In this document: piece after piece, positions 41,687 through 50,646 of the stretch
Position numbering within the stretch: the first letter of the stretch is position 1
Layout of the letters: each line of letters starts with the position of its first letter
Assembly (NCBI GenBank): GCA_037445145.1
Contig: JBBILB010000004.1
Location: 15,555-79,554, forward strand
Length of the DNA stretch: 64,000 nt
Direction of reading: 5' to 3'
DNA from: Candidatus Woesearchaeota archaeon
Lineage (GTDB): Archaea; Nanobdellota; Nanobdellia; Woesearchaeales; ARS49
Position numbers and translations under genes: made by a program
The notes under the pieces: model-generated
The model's database searches: none
Told to the model about the DNA's origin: nothing
What the model saw: the letters and a program-made list of their open reading frames with translations, nothing else

Positions 41687-43166
41687 CACAGAATCAAAGA
41701 AAAAGGAAATAGTAAAATACCTTCTGAGTCAGCAAGTACTGGTCAAGCCAGAATTCCTGGCAGCATTCTCCAAACCGGAAAAGGTCGACTACTTCTACCA
41801 ACAGGTTTTGCAAAACGTTCCGGCAAGCCAAATTCTTTCACTCGCTGCGAAACAAGGTTTAACAGAAAACCCGCCCCAAACAACCACAAACGCACCAGTT
41901 TGCACACCCAAAGTAAAGGTAGTATTCCAGTACCACGACAAACCCAAAAAAATAACCCCGCAAGACTTCGTGAATTATTTCAATGCGCGCTACAGGGCAA
42001 TTGAGAAAATGCTCCATCACAGGCAGGAACTCCAGAACCTAACATCAATAGGCAGGCTGAACAACAAGAGGGACCGCGAAACAGTGTCAATAATCGGCAT
42101 GGTTAGTGACAAGCAAACGACAAAGAACGATAAAATAGTACTCACCATTGAAGACCCCAGCGGAAGAATAAAAGTAATGATAAGCAAGTCAAAGCCAGAA
42201 GTGCACGAAGCAGCAAAAGACATCGTTCCAGATGAAGTAATAGGCATTACCGGCACAACCGGCAACAACATTGTGTTTGCAAACACAATTGTCCTTCCAG
42301 AAATACCCCTCACGGGCGAGCTGAAGAAATCGCCTGACGAAGCATATGTTGCTGTGCTTTCCTGCGTGCACGTCGGGTCCAAGCTGTTCATGAAGGATGC
42401 CTTTGAGAGATTCATACGGTGGCTGTGCGGCGAAACCGGCAGCGAGGAACAGAGGGCGATTGCAAAAAAGGTCCGGTACGTAATAATTGCCGGCGACCTG
42501 ATTGACGGCGTGGGTGTTTACCCAAACCAGGAAAAAGAGCTTGAAATACTTGACGTTTACGAGCAGTACAACGAGGCAGCACGGCTGCTTGGACAAATAC
42601 CAAAAAACATTGCAATAATAATCTGCCCGGGAAACCACGATGCAGGCAGAATCTCAGAGCCCCAACCGCCCCTATCACGGACATATGCAAAGGCGCTTTA
42701 TGAATTACCAAACGCGTTTCTGATCGGAAACCCCTGCATGATAAACATCCACAGCTCGGAAACATTCCCCGGTTTTGACGTGCTTGTTTATCACGGATTC
42801 AGCTTTGATGACTATGGCGAGATTGTTTCAAGCATAAAGAACTCGGGAAAAACAATCTCTGACAGGGCTCCACTGATAATAAAATTTTTGCTGCAAAGAA
42901 GGCACCTTGCGCCCACACACACGTCCACACTCTATATGCCCGACCCTGAGAAGGACCCGTTGGTGCTCGAAAAAGTCCCTGACATTTTCATAGGGGGGCA
43001 CATCCACAAGAGCAACGTGGCAAGCTACAGGGGAGTAAGCATAGTCCTTGGAAGCTGCTTCCAGGCAAAGACCCCCTTTCAGGAAAAAATGGGTCATGAG
43101 CCAGACCCGGGCAGGGTGCCTGTCATAAACCTTCACACACGTGCGGTCAAAATACTGAGGTTCTGA
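41676..43166 (+). CDS. dp1: DNA polymerase II (PolD) small subunit DP1
   Basis: OB segment plus calcineurin-like phosphoesterase motifs (VLSCVHVGS, IIAGDLIDGVGVY, ICPGNHD, GGHIH). ATG 41676 overlaps the cdc6 3' end by 11 nt. Confidence 0.92.
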   Translation: MNPDTESKKKEIVKYLLSQQVLVKPEFLAAFSKPEKVDYFYQQVLQNVPASQILSLAAKQGLTENPPQTTTNAPVCTPKVKVVFQYHDKPKKITPQDFVNYFNARYRAIEKMLHHRQELQNLTSIGRLNNKRDRETVSIIGMVSDKQTTKNDKIVLTIEDPSGRIKVMISKSKPEVHEAAKDIVPDEVIGITGTTGNNIVFANTIVLPEIPLTGELKKSPDEAYVAVLSCVHVGSKLFMKDAFERFIRWLCGETGSEEQRAIAKKVRYVIIAGDLIDGVGVYPNQEKELEILDVYEQYNEAARLLGQIPKNIAIIICPGNHDAGRISEPQPPLSRTYAKALYELPNAFLIGNPCMINIHSSETFPGFDVLVYHGFSFDDYGEIVSSIKNSGKTISDRAPLIIKFLLQRRHLAPTHTSTLYMPDPEKDPLVLEKVPDIFIGGHIHKSNVASYRGVSIVLGSCFQAKTPFQEKMGHEPDPGRVPVINLHTRAVKILRF

Positions 43167-43167
43167 A

Positions 43168-46100
43168 ATGCTGAAGACAAAAATCACGGCAAACCCGCAA
43201 ATGCAGGAATACTTTGAGTCCATACAGCAACGGGTTGATGAAGTGCACAAAATTGCCAGCGAAGCGAGAGCAAAGGGCTATGACCCAGACACCGCAGTTG
43301 AGGTCAAGCTCGCGGCAAATATGGCAGAGCGCGTTGTCGGCCTCATAAGCGTAGTTGCGCCCCAACTCGCCGACGCGGGAGTTGTTGAACGAATTATGGA
43401 GCTTGAAAAGCAGTATGGCGCGCTTGACTGGCGGGTTGGGCTTGCAATCGCCGGCGAGATTGCACAGCAGAAATTCTGCAAGTTCAGGGACCAAGAAGAG
43501 GCAATCAGCATAGGGGTCAGGACAGGATTTGCATACGTTACCATGGGAGTCGTTTCATCACCACTTGACGGACTGGTAAGCATTGAAATAAAGAAAAGAA
43601 TGGACAACCGCGGGGAATACTTCTGCGTTAACCTCGCAGGACCGATAAGAAACGCAGGAGGCACAGCGGCAGCAGTTTGTTTGCTTATTGCAGACTACGT
43701 CAGGACCCTGTTCAAGTATGATGTTTATGACGCGCAGGATCTTGAAATCAAGAGAGCATACACAGAAATGACCGACTACAGGGAAAAAGTTGCGCCAAGA
43801 CAGTATTTTCCGACATTTGAGGAAATAGAATTTGTCATGAAGCACCTTCCAATTGAGGTTGGCGGCGAACCCTCTGAAAAATTTGAAGTTTCAAACTACA
43901 AAGATCTGCCAAGAATACCGACAAACTTCGTCAGGAGCGGATTTTGCCTTGTAATGACAGAATGCATACCGCTAAAGGCACCCAAACTCTGGGGAAAGCT
44001 CAGTGTTTGGGGAAAAGATTTCGGAATGGAGCACTGGAATTTTCTTGAAGAATACCTTAAAATCCAAAAAGCCGCAAAAGCAAGGGGGGAAATCAAGAAA
44101 GAAAGCTCGATAAAACTTACCCCCGACTTCAGCTACATAGCAGACCTTGTAGCAGGCCGTCCCGTATTCGCGCACCCCCTGCGCGTCGGCGGGTTCAGGC
44201 TAAGGTATGGCAGAAGCAGGACGACCGGGCTTTCAACAGACGGCATACACCCAGCCACGATGCTCGTCACGACAAACTACCTTGCCACAGGAACCCAGCT
44301 CAAGACAGAGCGTCCCAAAAAAGGAAGCGCAATAACCGCCTGCGACACAATCGACGGGCCAATAGTAAAGCTTGATGACGGTTCTGTAGCGCAATTGCAA
44401 AGCATTGCAGCATACAAGGCAGTGCAGGGCAAAATTGCGGAAATACTCTTCCTTGGCGACATGCTCGTCAATTACGGCGACTTTGCCAACCGCGCCCATC
44501 CACTAGTGCCTGCAGGATACTGCCCTGAATGGTGGGTGCAGGAGCTGGAAAAGGCAGCAACAGCAATGCACGGGGAAGTTTCACCAGAAAAAATAGCCGC
44601 GGCTTCAAAAACCCCTGTTGAGCTCATACGGGCAGTGATTGAAAACCCCCTGCGCACTACCCCGCAAGCCAACGATGCTCTCAAACTCAGCACAGCATTC
44701 GGCATTCCGCTACATCCCGCATACACATATTACTGGAGCACAATAAACAGGGAACAGCTCAAGCAGTTAGTGCAGTGGATGGACAAGAAAACCGTGCACA
44801 TGCGGCAGGACGGAAAAATGGTCAGCAAGGTTGTTATTCCAAGAGAGGAAGCGCCAAAACGCGCCCTTGAGCTTGTTGGACTGCCCCACATTGTTGTTGT
44901 TCAGGAAAACGTTGTTGTTGAGTCAGACCACGCGCAGGCATTGCTGGCAACACTGGGCTGGCCTGCAAAAAACACAGAAACACTCCTTGACATAATAGAA
45001 AGGCATCCCGAAAAGGGCGCCCTTGAGCTCATCAACCTGTTCGCGCCGGTGCCAATAAGGGACAAGGCAGGAACATTCATCGGCGCACGCATGGGAAGAC
45101 CAGAAAAAGCAAAGATGCGCAAGCTCACAGGCTCGCCACACTGCCTCTTCCCTGTAGGGGATGAAGGAGGAAAATTCAGGAGCTTCCAAAGTGCAATGGA
45201 AAAAGGCACAATAACAGCAGAATTCCCGCGGTACGTATGCAGAAAATGCAACCGCACAACAGTCCTTTCTGTCTGTGAAACATGCAACACGCCGACAGAA
45301 AGAACATGGCACTGCAAAAGCTGCAATGCATGGATAAAAGAGCCTGTTTGTCCAAAGCACGGCGAAACCCAGCCTTGCCACGAAACAACAATAGATGCAA
45401 AGCACTACTTCAGCGCGGCTGCTGAAAAAGTCGGGATGCGCTCACAGCCTGAACTAATAAAGGGCGTGAGAGGAACCAGCAACCGCGAACATATCCCAGA
45501 ACACATTGCAAAGGGGCTGCTGAGGGCAAAGCACGAGATAGCAGTCAACAAAGATGGAACAACAAGGTACGACATGACCCAGCTGCCCATAACACACTTC
45601 AAACCCAAGGAAATAAGCACAAGCATTGAAAGGCTCAAGCAGCTCGGCTACGACAAGGACATACTTGGAAAACCACTTGAGAACGCCGAACAGGTTTTGG
45701 AGTTGAAGCCCCAAGATGTAATACTCCCTGACTGTGATGCCTCACCCGATGAAAAAATAACATCCGTGCTTATGCGCATCGCAAACTTCATCGATGACGA
45801 ACTCACAAATATTTACGGCCTAAAACCTTTTTACTCAATCCAAAAGCCAGACGACCTTACCGGACACCTTATCGTGGCTCTTGCACCGCACACATCAGCA
45901 GGAATAGTCTGCAGGATAATTGGATTCAGCAAGACGCAAGGCTTTTTTGCGCACCCCTACATACATTCAGCAACAAGGAGGGATTGTGACGGAGACGAGG
46001 CGTGCGCCATCCTGCTAATGGATGCGTTCCTCAACTTCTCAAAGAAATACCTGCCGAACACAAGGGGCTCAACCATGGACGCACCGCTAGTCCTCACATC

Positions 46101-46734
46101 CGTGCTGACTCCTGCCGAAGTGGACGACATGGTGTTTGACCTTGACATCGTATGGCGGTACCCCTTAGAGCTCTACGAGGCAGCACTGCAGTTCAAGATG
46201 CCCTGGGAGATAAAGATCAAGCAGGTCAAGTCAGTGCTTAACAAGCCAGATCAATACGAGGGTTTTGGCTTCACACACGACGTCAGCGATATGAACGAAA
46301 CCATCAGGTGTTCCGCGTATAAAACCCTACCATCAATGGAGGACAAGCTCAAGGGGCAGATGGAACTGGCTGAGAAATTGCGGGCGGTTGACATGTCGGA
46401 TGTTGCCCGGCTCGTGATTGAAAAGCACTTCCTGAAGGATACGAAAGGGAACCTGAGAAAGTTCGGAATGCAGGAGTTCAGGTGCGTGAACTGCAATGAA
46501 AAATTCAGGCGTCCGCCGCTCGTTGGAAAATGCACTGCCTGCGGCGGAAAAATACTATTCACAATATCCGAAGGATCTGTAGTGAAGTATTTGGAGCCCA
46601 CAATATCACTCGCAAAAAAATACAATGTTTCAGGATATTTGCAGCAGGCAATAGAACTTTTGCAGGTCAGGATAGAGGGCGTGTTCGGCAAGGAAAAAGA
46701 AAAGCAGACAGGGCTCGGAGCGTGGTTTGGGTAA
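43168..46734 (+). CDS. dp2: DNA polymerase II (PolD) large subunit DP2, no intein
   Basis: 1188 aa. MQEYFESIQQRVDEVHKIASEARAKGYDP, multiple Zn-cluster motifs (CRKCNRTTVLSVCETCN, CKSCNAWIKEPVCPKHG, CVNCNEKFRRPPLVGKCTACGG), double-psi-barrel segment RRDCDGDE, C-terminal PIP-like QTGLGAWFG. Starts 1 nt after the dp1 stop. Confidence 0.95.
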   Translation: MLKTKITANPQMQEYFESIQQRVDEVHKIASEARAKGYDPDTAVEVKLAANMAERVVGLISVVAPQLADAGVVERIMELEKQYGALDWRVGLAIAGEIAQQKFCKFRDQEEAISIGVRTGFAYVTMGVVSSPLDGLVSIEIKKRMDNRGEYFCVNLAGPIRNAGGTAAAVCLLIADYVRTLFKYDVYDAQDLEIKRAYTEMTDYREKVAPRQYFPTFEEIEFVMKHLPIEVGGEPSEKFEVSNYKDLPRIPTNFVRSGFCLVMTECIPLKAPKLWGKLSVWGKDFGMEHWNFLEEYLKIQKAAKARGEIKKESSIKLTPDFSYIADLVAGRPVFAHPLRVGGFRLRYGRSRTTGLSTDGIHPATMLVTTNYLATGTQLKTERPKKGSAITACDTIDGPIVKLDDGSVAQLQSIAAYKAVQGKIAEILFLGDMLVNYGDFANRAHPLVPAGYCPEWWVQELEKAATAMHGEVSPEKIAAASKTPVELIRAVIENPLRTTPQANDALKLSTAFGIPLHPAYTYYWSTINREQLKQLVQWMDKKTVHMRQDGKMVSKVVIPREEAPKRALELVGLPHIVVVQENVVVESDHAQALLATLGWPAKNTETLLDIIERHPEKGALELINLFAPVPIRDKAGTFIGARMGRPEKAKMRKLTGSPHCLFPVGDEGGKFRSFQSAMEKGTITAEFPRYVCRKCNRTTVLSVCETCNTPTERTWHCKSCNAWIKEPVCPKHGETQPCHETTIDAKHYFSAAAEKVGMRSQPELIKGVRGTSNREHIPEHIAKGLLRAKHEIAVNKDGTTRYDMTQLPITHFKPKEISTSIERLKQLGYDKDILGKPLENAEQVLELKPQDVILPDCDASPDEKITSVLMRIANFIDDELTNIYGLKPFYSIQKPDDLTGHLIVALAPHTSAGIVCRIIGFSKTQGFFAHPYIHSATRRDCDGDEACAILLMDAFLNFSKKYLPNTRGSTMDAPLVLTSVLTPAEVDDMVFDLDIVWRYPLELYEAALQFKMPWEIKIKQVKSVLNKPDQYEGFGFTHDVSDMNETIRCSAYKTLPSMEDKLKGQMELAEKLRAVDMSDVARLVIEKHFLKDTKGNLRKFGMQEFRCVNCNEKFRRPPLVGKCTACGGKILFTISEGSVVKYLEPTISLAKKYNVSGYLQQAIELLQVRIEGVFGKEKEKQTGLGAWFG

Positions 46735-46737
46735 GAA

Positions 46738-47034
46738 TTATTCGTGCATTATTACTGCCTGAGCGTGGGGGATTCCGGCTATTGTTATTATGTGGTCCTG
46801 CGTTATGACTTCCTCCTGCAGGCCCAGCTTTACAGCATTGGGACCGACAAGGTTTATTATGTCCGCGTTCCTTATGAGATCGCCAACTTCCTTGTCATCG
46901 CGCTCCTCACCCCTGTAAAAATCACTTGTGAGGTCAAGCTGGCGCTCTCCCTCCTTGAACTTCCTCTCAATTAGGTCTGAGTCGCACACCGCAACAATAG
47001 TCCTGTTCTCGCGCTTGTGTATTTTGACGATCAT
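46738..47034 (-). CDS. DUF424-family protein
   Basis: MIVKIHKRENRTIVAVCDSDLIERKFKEGERQLDLTSDFYRGEE..INLVGPNAV..IAGIPHAQ matches the pattern I recall for archaeal DUF424. Confidence 0.65.
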   Translation of the reverse strand: MIVKIHKRENRTIVAVCDSDLIERKFKEGERQLDLTSDFYRGEERDDKEVGDLIRNADIINLVGPNAVKLGLQEEVITQDHIITIAGIPHAQAVIMHE

Positions 47035-47043
47035 CGTGAAAAA

Positions 47044-47454
47044 TTAAATCTTTGACTTGACAGGCTGCTTGTGGCCGCAAGCATTGCACTTAAGGTATGT
47101 GAAGTCACCCTCTTTGATAAGGTCTGTGTCGGGCTTTCCGTCCTTCGGGCACAGCACGAACTCATATGCATACTCTTTTATCTTGTCATTTATTCGCGAT
47201 GCAGGAATTTTTGTGCCAAGCACCAAAAGCCCTGCCTTGTTGATTTCGCCGGGTGTTGCCAGCTCCTTGAGAATGAACTTAAGCAAATGCTCAATAGGCC
47301 TGCGAAGTGTTGAGGCTATCTGGGCAAAATTGCTGATAACTGTCTTGTTGCCTTCAATATGCCCCTTAACTTTTGGAATTTCAAAGCGCTCGCGCTCCAC
47401 AACAGCCTGCGGAAGCAACTGGCGCGCGCGCTCAAGCAATTGCTCGTATTCCAT
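47044..47454 (-). CDS. eif2b: Translation initiation factor 2 subunit beta (aIF2-beta)
   Basis: ORF trimmed to ATG 47454. YEQLLERARQLLP..RFEIPKVKGHIEGNKTVISNFAQIASTLRRPIEHLLKFILKELATPG..YAYEFVLCPKDGKPDT..YLKCNACG. Confidence 0.9.
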   Translation of the reverse strand: MEYEQLLERARQLLPQAVVERERFEIPKVKGHIEGNKTVISNFAQIASTLRRPIEHLLKFILKELATPGEINKAGLLVLGTKIPASRINDKIKEYAYEFVLCPKDGKPDTDLIKEGDFTYLKCNACGHKQPVKSKI

Positions 47455-47510
47455 AGGATGAATAATCCAATTACTGTTTATAAAACTGATTGTTTTTTCC
47501 AGAACAAAAG

Positions 47511-47520
47511 GTATATAAAC
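47511..47520 (+). promoter_or_regulatory. TATA-box-like element
   Basis: GTATATAAAC lies 23-32 nt upstream of ATG 47543. Confidence 0.45.
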
Positions 47521-47542
47521 CCAAACGCTGAATTCAGCACGC

Positions 47543-48391
47543 ATGGTCTTGGAGTCATTGCTTAATCCCTTCCGCGCCGAGAGGCAGCCATGGGTTCTTG
47601 TGTTGCTTGGCTTCCTTTATGCATCACTTGGGCTGTTTTTAAGCCTCTGGATTTTTGAGGAACAGGCAAGCATAGTTATGGTCTTCCTCACGGTAATGGC
47701 GGCCCTGCCATTGATGTACCAGGCAATACGCCTTGAGGAAGAAAAGGATATACTACTATCCCACGAACGCACCATTCTCAAGGAACACGGCAAGGCAATC
47801 AAATTTTTCCTCACACTTTTTATTGGTTTCGTTATAGCATATTCACTCTGGTATGTCGTCCTTCCCGATGTTCTTTCACAGAAACTGTTCATCACCCAAA
47901 CCCACACGATATCAAACCTGAACCAGCAGGTCACAGGCGCACTTGCTCAGTTCGGGCTGATGAACAAGATATTCCTGAACAACGTGAAAGTGTTGATTTT
48001 CTGCATACTGTTCTCGTTCCTGTACTGCTCTGGCGCAATATTCATCCTTAGCTGGAATGCAAGCGTCATCGGAGCCGCAGTCGGCAACTTCATACGCACG
48101 CACTTGGCGCAGGCAGCAGAATCCACAGGACTTGCGCGGTATGCGAACTACCTGCACATAAGCTCGCTGAGCCTGCTCAGGTATGCTGTTCACGGAATTC
48201 CTGAAATACTCGCCTACTTCATTGCAGGGCTTGCAGGAGGCATACTTTCAGTGGCAATAATACGGCACGACTTTGGCACAACAAACCTTGAAAAAGTGCT
48301 GCTGGACACATCCGACCTCATACTGATTGCTATATTCATCCTGTTCATTGCAGCATTAATTGAGGTCTTCGTAACTCCTGCATTCTTCTGA
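47543..48391 (+). CDS. SpoIIM/DUF95-family integral membrane protein
   Basis: Multi-TM. FLNNVKVLIFCILFSFLYCSGAIFILSWNASVIGAAVG and GIPEILAYFIAGLAGG are typical of the stage II sporulation protein M-like family. Confidence 0.6.
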   Translation: MVLESLLNPFRAERQPWVLVLLGFLYASLGLFLSLWIFEEQASIVMVFLTVMAALPLMYQAIRLEEEKDILLSHERTILKEHGKAIKFFLTLFIGFVIAYSLWYVVLPDVLSQKLFITQTHTISNLNQQVTGALAQFGLMNKIFLNNVKVLIFCILFSFLYCSGAIFILSWNASVIGAAVGNFIRTHLAQAAESTGLARYANYLHISSLSLLRYAVHGIPEILAYFIAGLAGGILSVAIIRHDFGTTNLEKVLLDTSDLILIAIFILFIAALIEVFVTPAFF

Positions 48392-49021
48392 TTATTCGAG
48401 GACCTTGAGCCTTCCAGGGCTTATCTCAAAAATGTCGCCGTTCTGAAGAAGCAACCTGATGACCTTTTCTGCATCCGCAGAACCCACCTTGGCAATAACA
48501 GCATCAATCTCTGCACCATTGCCTTCATCAAGCGAGCGTATGGCATTAATAACCACCTCGCCAACAGACTCCTCAACCGCTTCCTCAGTGAAATTTTCCT
48601 CTCGCGCTTCAGGTGCAGGGACGCTTTGAATAGGCGCAAGCTCAGCCTTCCTGACTTCAATCCATCCAAGATCCGACAGCTTCCGCACAATCTCAGGCAG
48701 TATGTACATTTCCGCAGCAAACTGCCTAGGCCGCCCAATAACAACGACAACATCACCAACCTTCACTGAACTCATCCTCTCATTCGGCTCAAATGCGCGC
48801 ACGCTTATCCTACCCGAACCGTCATCAATCGAGATTATCGGCAGACCCTCCTCGCTTGAGAATACCACAACTCCGATGACATTTACCCTGGCTGCAACAG
48901 AATTGTCCCTCAGCACAATGTGATTCGGCTTGAATCCATCCTCCTTCACGTATCTGCCTGCAAGAATGTCCTTTATCCACAATTTGCGCGCTACCTGCCG
49001 CTTTTGTTGTTCTTCAGCCAT
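48392..49021 (-). CDS. RPA32-like single OB-fold protein with C-terminal winged helix
   Basis: ARVNVIGVVVFSSEEGLPIISIDDGSGRISVRAFE..VGDVVVVIGRPRQF (OB fold), an acidic linker, and C-terminus VINAIRSLDEGNGAEIDAVIAKVG..EKVIRLLLQNGDIFEISPGRLKVL (wH). Confidence 0.55.
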   Translation of the reverse strand: MAEEQQKRQVARKLWIKDILAGRYVKEDGFKPNHIVLRDNSVAARVNVIGVVVFSSEEGLPIISIDDGSGRISVRAFEPNERMSSVKVGDVVVVIGRPRQFAAEMYILPEIVRKLSDLGWIEVRKAELAPIQSVPAPEAREENFTEEAVEESVGEVVINAIRSLDEGNGAEIDAVIAKVGSADAEKVIRLLLQNGDIFEISPGRLKVLE

Positions 49022-49074
49022 ATCCCCCTGACAAACACAACTTTTGGTGTTTTAAATAGTTTTGTATCCTGTTA

Positions 49075-49140
49075 AGTGCACTTGCTAAGTATACAATTCA
49101 CAGGTATGAAACCGTTAGTCATTATACTAGCAAGTGTACT
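49075..49140. repeat. Imperfect 18-19-nt inverted repeat (hairpin or operator) in the divergent intergenic region
   Basis: AGTGCACTTGCTAAGTATA (49075-49093) against TATACTAGCAAGTGTACT (49123-49140): one mismatch and one bulge, 29-nt spacer. Confidence 0.6.
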
Positions 49141-49273
49141 CGTCGATCCTGTTTAGCCATACCGGGAATTTCCTGAGCAATTCGATAAATTCATAAGCGA
49201 CGTTCTGGATGATGTGTTCGACCTTGCCCTTTTCCTGCAGGTAGTACAGATAGGCAATTTCTCAAAGAAAAAG

Positions 49274-49285
49274 AAGTGTACACTT
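49274..49285. promoter_or_regulatory. Perfect 12-nt palindrome AAGTGTACACTT related to the upstream AAGTGCACTT motif
   Basis: It is its own reverse complement. It lies 26 nt upstream of the TATA-like box at 49311. The related palindrome AAGTGCACTT is at 49074-49083. Confidence 0.5.
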
Positions 49286-49310
49286 AAGAGCTTTACTTAA
49301 CATATCCTCA

Positions 49311-49322
49311 AAGTTTATATAG
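49311..49322 (+). promoter_or_regulatory. TATA-box-like element
   Basis: AAGTTTATATAG lies 29-40 nt upstream of ATG 49351. It is too close to the ORF-track start at GTG 49327. Confidence 0.45.
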
Positions 49323-49350
49323 TCTCGTGCTCAAGACACTCAGGAAAAAG

Positions 49351-50448
49351 ATGGTGGACAAAAGCATCAACGACTACGTGCGCACCCAATTGAGGCGCGG
49401 ATACGCCCCTGAGGCAATACGCGCTTCATTGCTCACCGCTGGCTACAACCCGCAGGACATTGACTTCGCCCTGCGAATTGCATCAAAGCCGGCTGAAAGA
49501 CGCATTGTGATAACAGGCAAGACCATCTTGATTACAGTCGGCAGCCTGCTCGCAATAGCAATCCTCGCGTTTGCCGGATTTCTCCTGTTCAAGCCGGCAG
49601 CAAAGGAAATCAGCATTTCAATGCAAGTGGAACAGCCGCAAATCATGCCGGGCGGAACACTGTCAGTAATGACAATCTTGTCATCAGAACAGAAGCGCAC
49701 AGTGCCTGTAATGCTTGATTATGCAATAGTTGACCCAGTATTGCGGAAGATTATCACGACAAGGGTTGGCAGGACGGAAGTAGGGCTGAGCGCAATTGAC
49801 ACGCAAAGCATCCAGCTGCCTGAAAACATACCCCCTGGAGAGTACGAGGTGCGGCTTGTTGCCGGCTATGCGCGTCTGACCAGAGTGCAATACGCAAAAT
49901 TCACGGTAGTTGCCGCTGAAAAACCAGAAGCTGCTGCTGTTGTTCCAGAAGAGGCAGAGCTTGTTCCTGAAGAGCTTGCCTGCCCTGAAACCTGCGATGA
50001 CCTCAACCCGGCAACAATGGACTTTTGCGAGCGCGGAATTTGCATACACACAATAATCAAGGGTGTTTGCGGCAATGGGCTGTGCGAACCCAGCGAGAAT
50101 AGGATGAACTGCCCAGAGGACTGCGGACCCGCGCAGGACACTGCTGCGGTAATTGAGCAGGCGCTGAAGGTTGTGCAGTCAGACCCTGAAAAGGCAGCAA
50201 CAATATGCAACAGCCTCGTCATTCCTGAATCAGCAGACCCCTGCTTTGCAGCAATAGCAAATGCAAGCCGAAAAAGCGCATTATGCATGAACATACAAGA
50301 CTTGAGGGCAAGGGATAACTGCCTGATGGAATTCGCACTTACAAACGACTTTTCAGTGTGCCTGCAATTGTCAAACAGGTATTTGATGACAAGCTGCCAG
50401 AGCCTTGCGCGATTATCAACAACGCAGCAGCCAGTGCTTGAAGAATGA
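49351..50448 (+). CDS. Hypothetical bitopic membrane protein: small cytoplasmic N-domain, TM helix, beta-rich and Cys-rich ectodomain
   Basis: MVDKSINDYVRTQLRRGYAPEAIRASLLTAGYNPQDIDFAL; TM ILITVGSLLAIAILAFAGFLLF; CGNGLCEPSENRMNCPEDCG motif; C-terminal Cys-pair helical repeats (LCMNIQDLRARDNCLMEFA, VCLQLSNRYLMTSC) like those in 9466-10035. Confidence 0.65.
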   Translation: MVDKSINDYVRTQLRRGYAPEAIRASLLTAGYNPQDIDFALRIASKPAERRIVITGKTILITVGSLLAIAILAFAGFLLFKPAAKEISISMQVEQPQIMPGGTLSVMTILSSEQKRTVPVMLDYAIVDPVLRKIITTRVGRTEVGLSAIDTQSIQLPENIPPGEYEVRLVAGYARLTRVQYAKFTVVAAEKPEAAAVVPEEAELVPEELACPETCDDLNPATMDFCERGICIHTIIKGVCGNGLCEPSENRMNCPEDCGPAQDTAAVIEQALKVVQSDPEKAATICNSLVIPESADPCFAAIANASRKSALCMNIQDLRARDNCLMEFALTNDFSVCLQLSNRYLMTSCQSLARLSTTQQPVLEE

Positions 50449-50603
50449 AACAAAAGAAAAACGCAAGAATCTGGAAAATCATTGGAATCATGTGCTTCGC
50501 GCTTGGAGTCATCGGGCTTTTTCTGCTGGGAATCCAGGGCATACTGCTTATGCTGGTTGGGCTTTCCCTGCTTGGTTACATACACTTCAGGAAGAAGTGC
50601 TGA
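50445..50603 (+). CDS. Small two-helix membrane protein (52 aa), absent from the ORF track
   Basis: ATGA overlap with the stop of the upstream gene. MKQKKNARIWKIIGIMCFALGVIGLFLLGIQGILLMLVGLSLLGYIHFRKKC has basic ends and two hydrophobic helices. Confidence 0.5.
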   Translation: MKQKKNARIWKIIGIMCFALGVIGLFLLGIQGILLMLVGLSLLGYIHFRKKC

Positions 50604-50646
50604 ACAAGACGCGGCATTGCAGCCCAATAAGGATATTTTGTTCCTT

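Noticed and set aside
49205-49235. Possible C/D-box sRNA (GGATGATGT box-C-like near CTGA).
   Set aside because: The box C match is imperfect. There is no properly spaced D, C' or D' box and no terminal stem.
49130-49262. Minus-strand reading frame EIAYLYYLQEKGKVEHIIQNVAYEFIELLRKFPVWLNRIDEYTC that looks protein-like.
   Set aside because: An in-frame stop lies immediately upstream, and no ATG/GTG/TTG start occurs until the last 17 codons. At best it is a gene remnant, and that is not supportable as a pseudogene call without a homolog.
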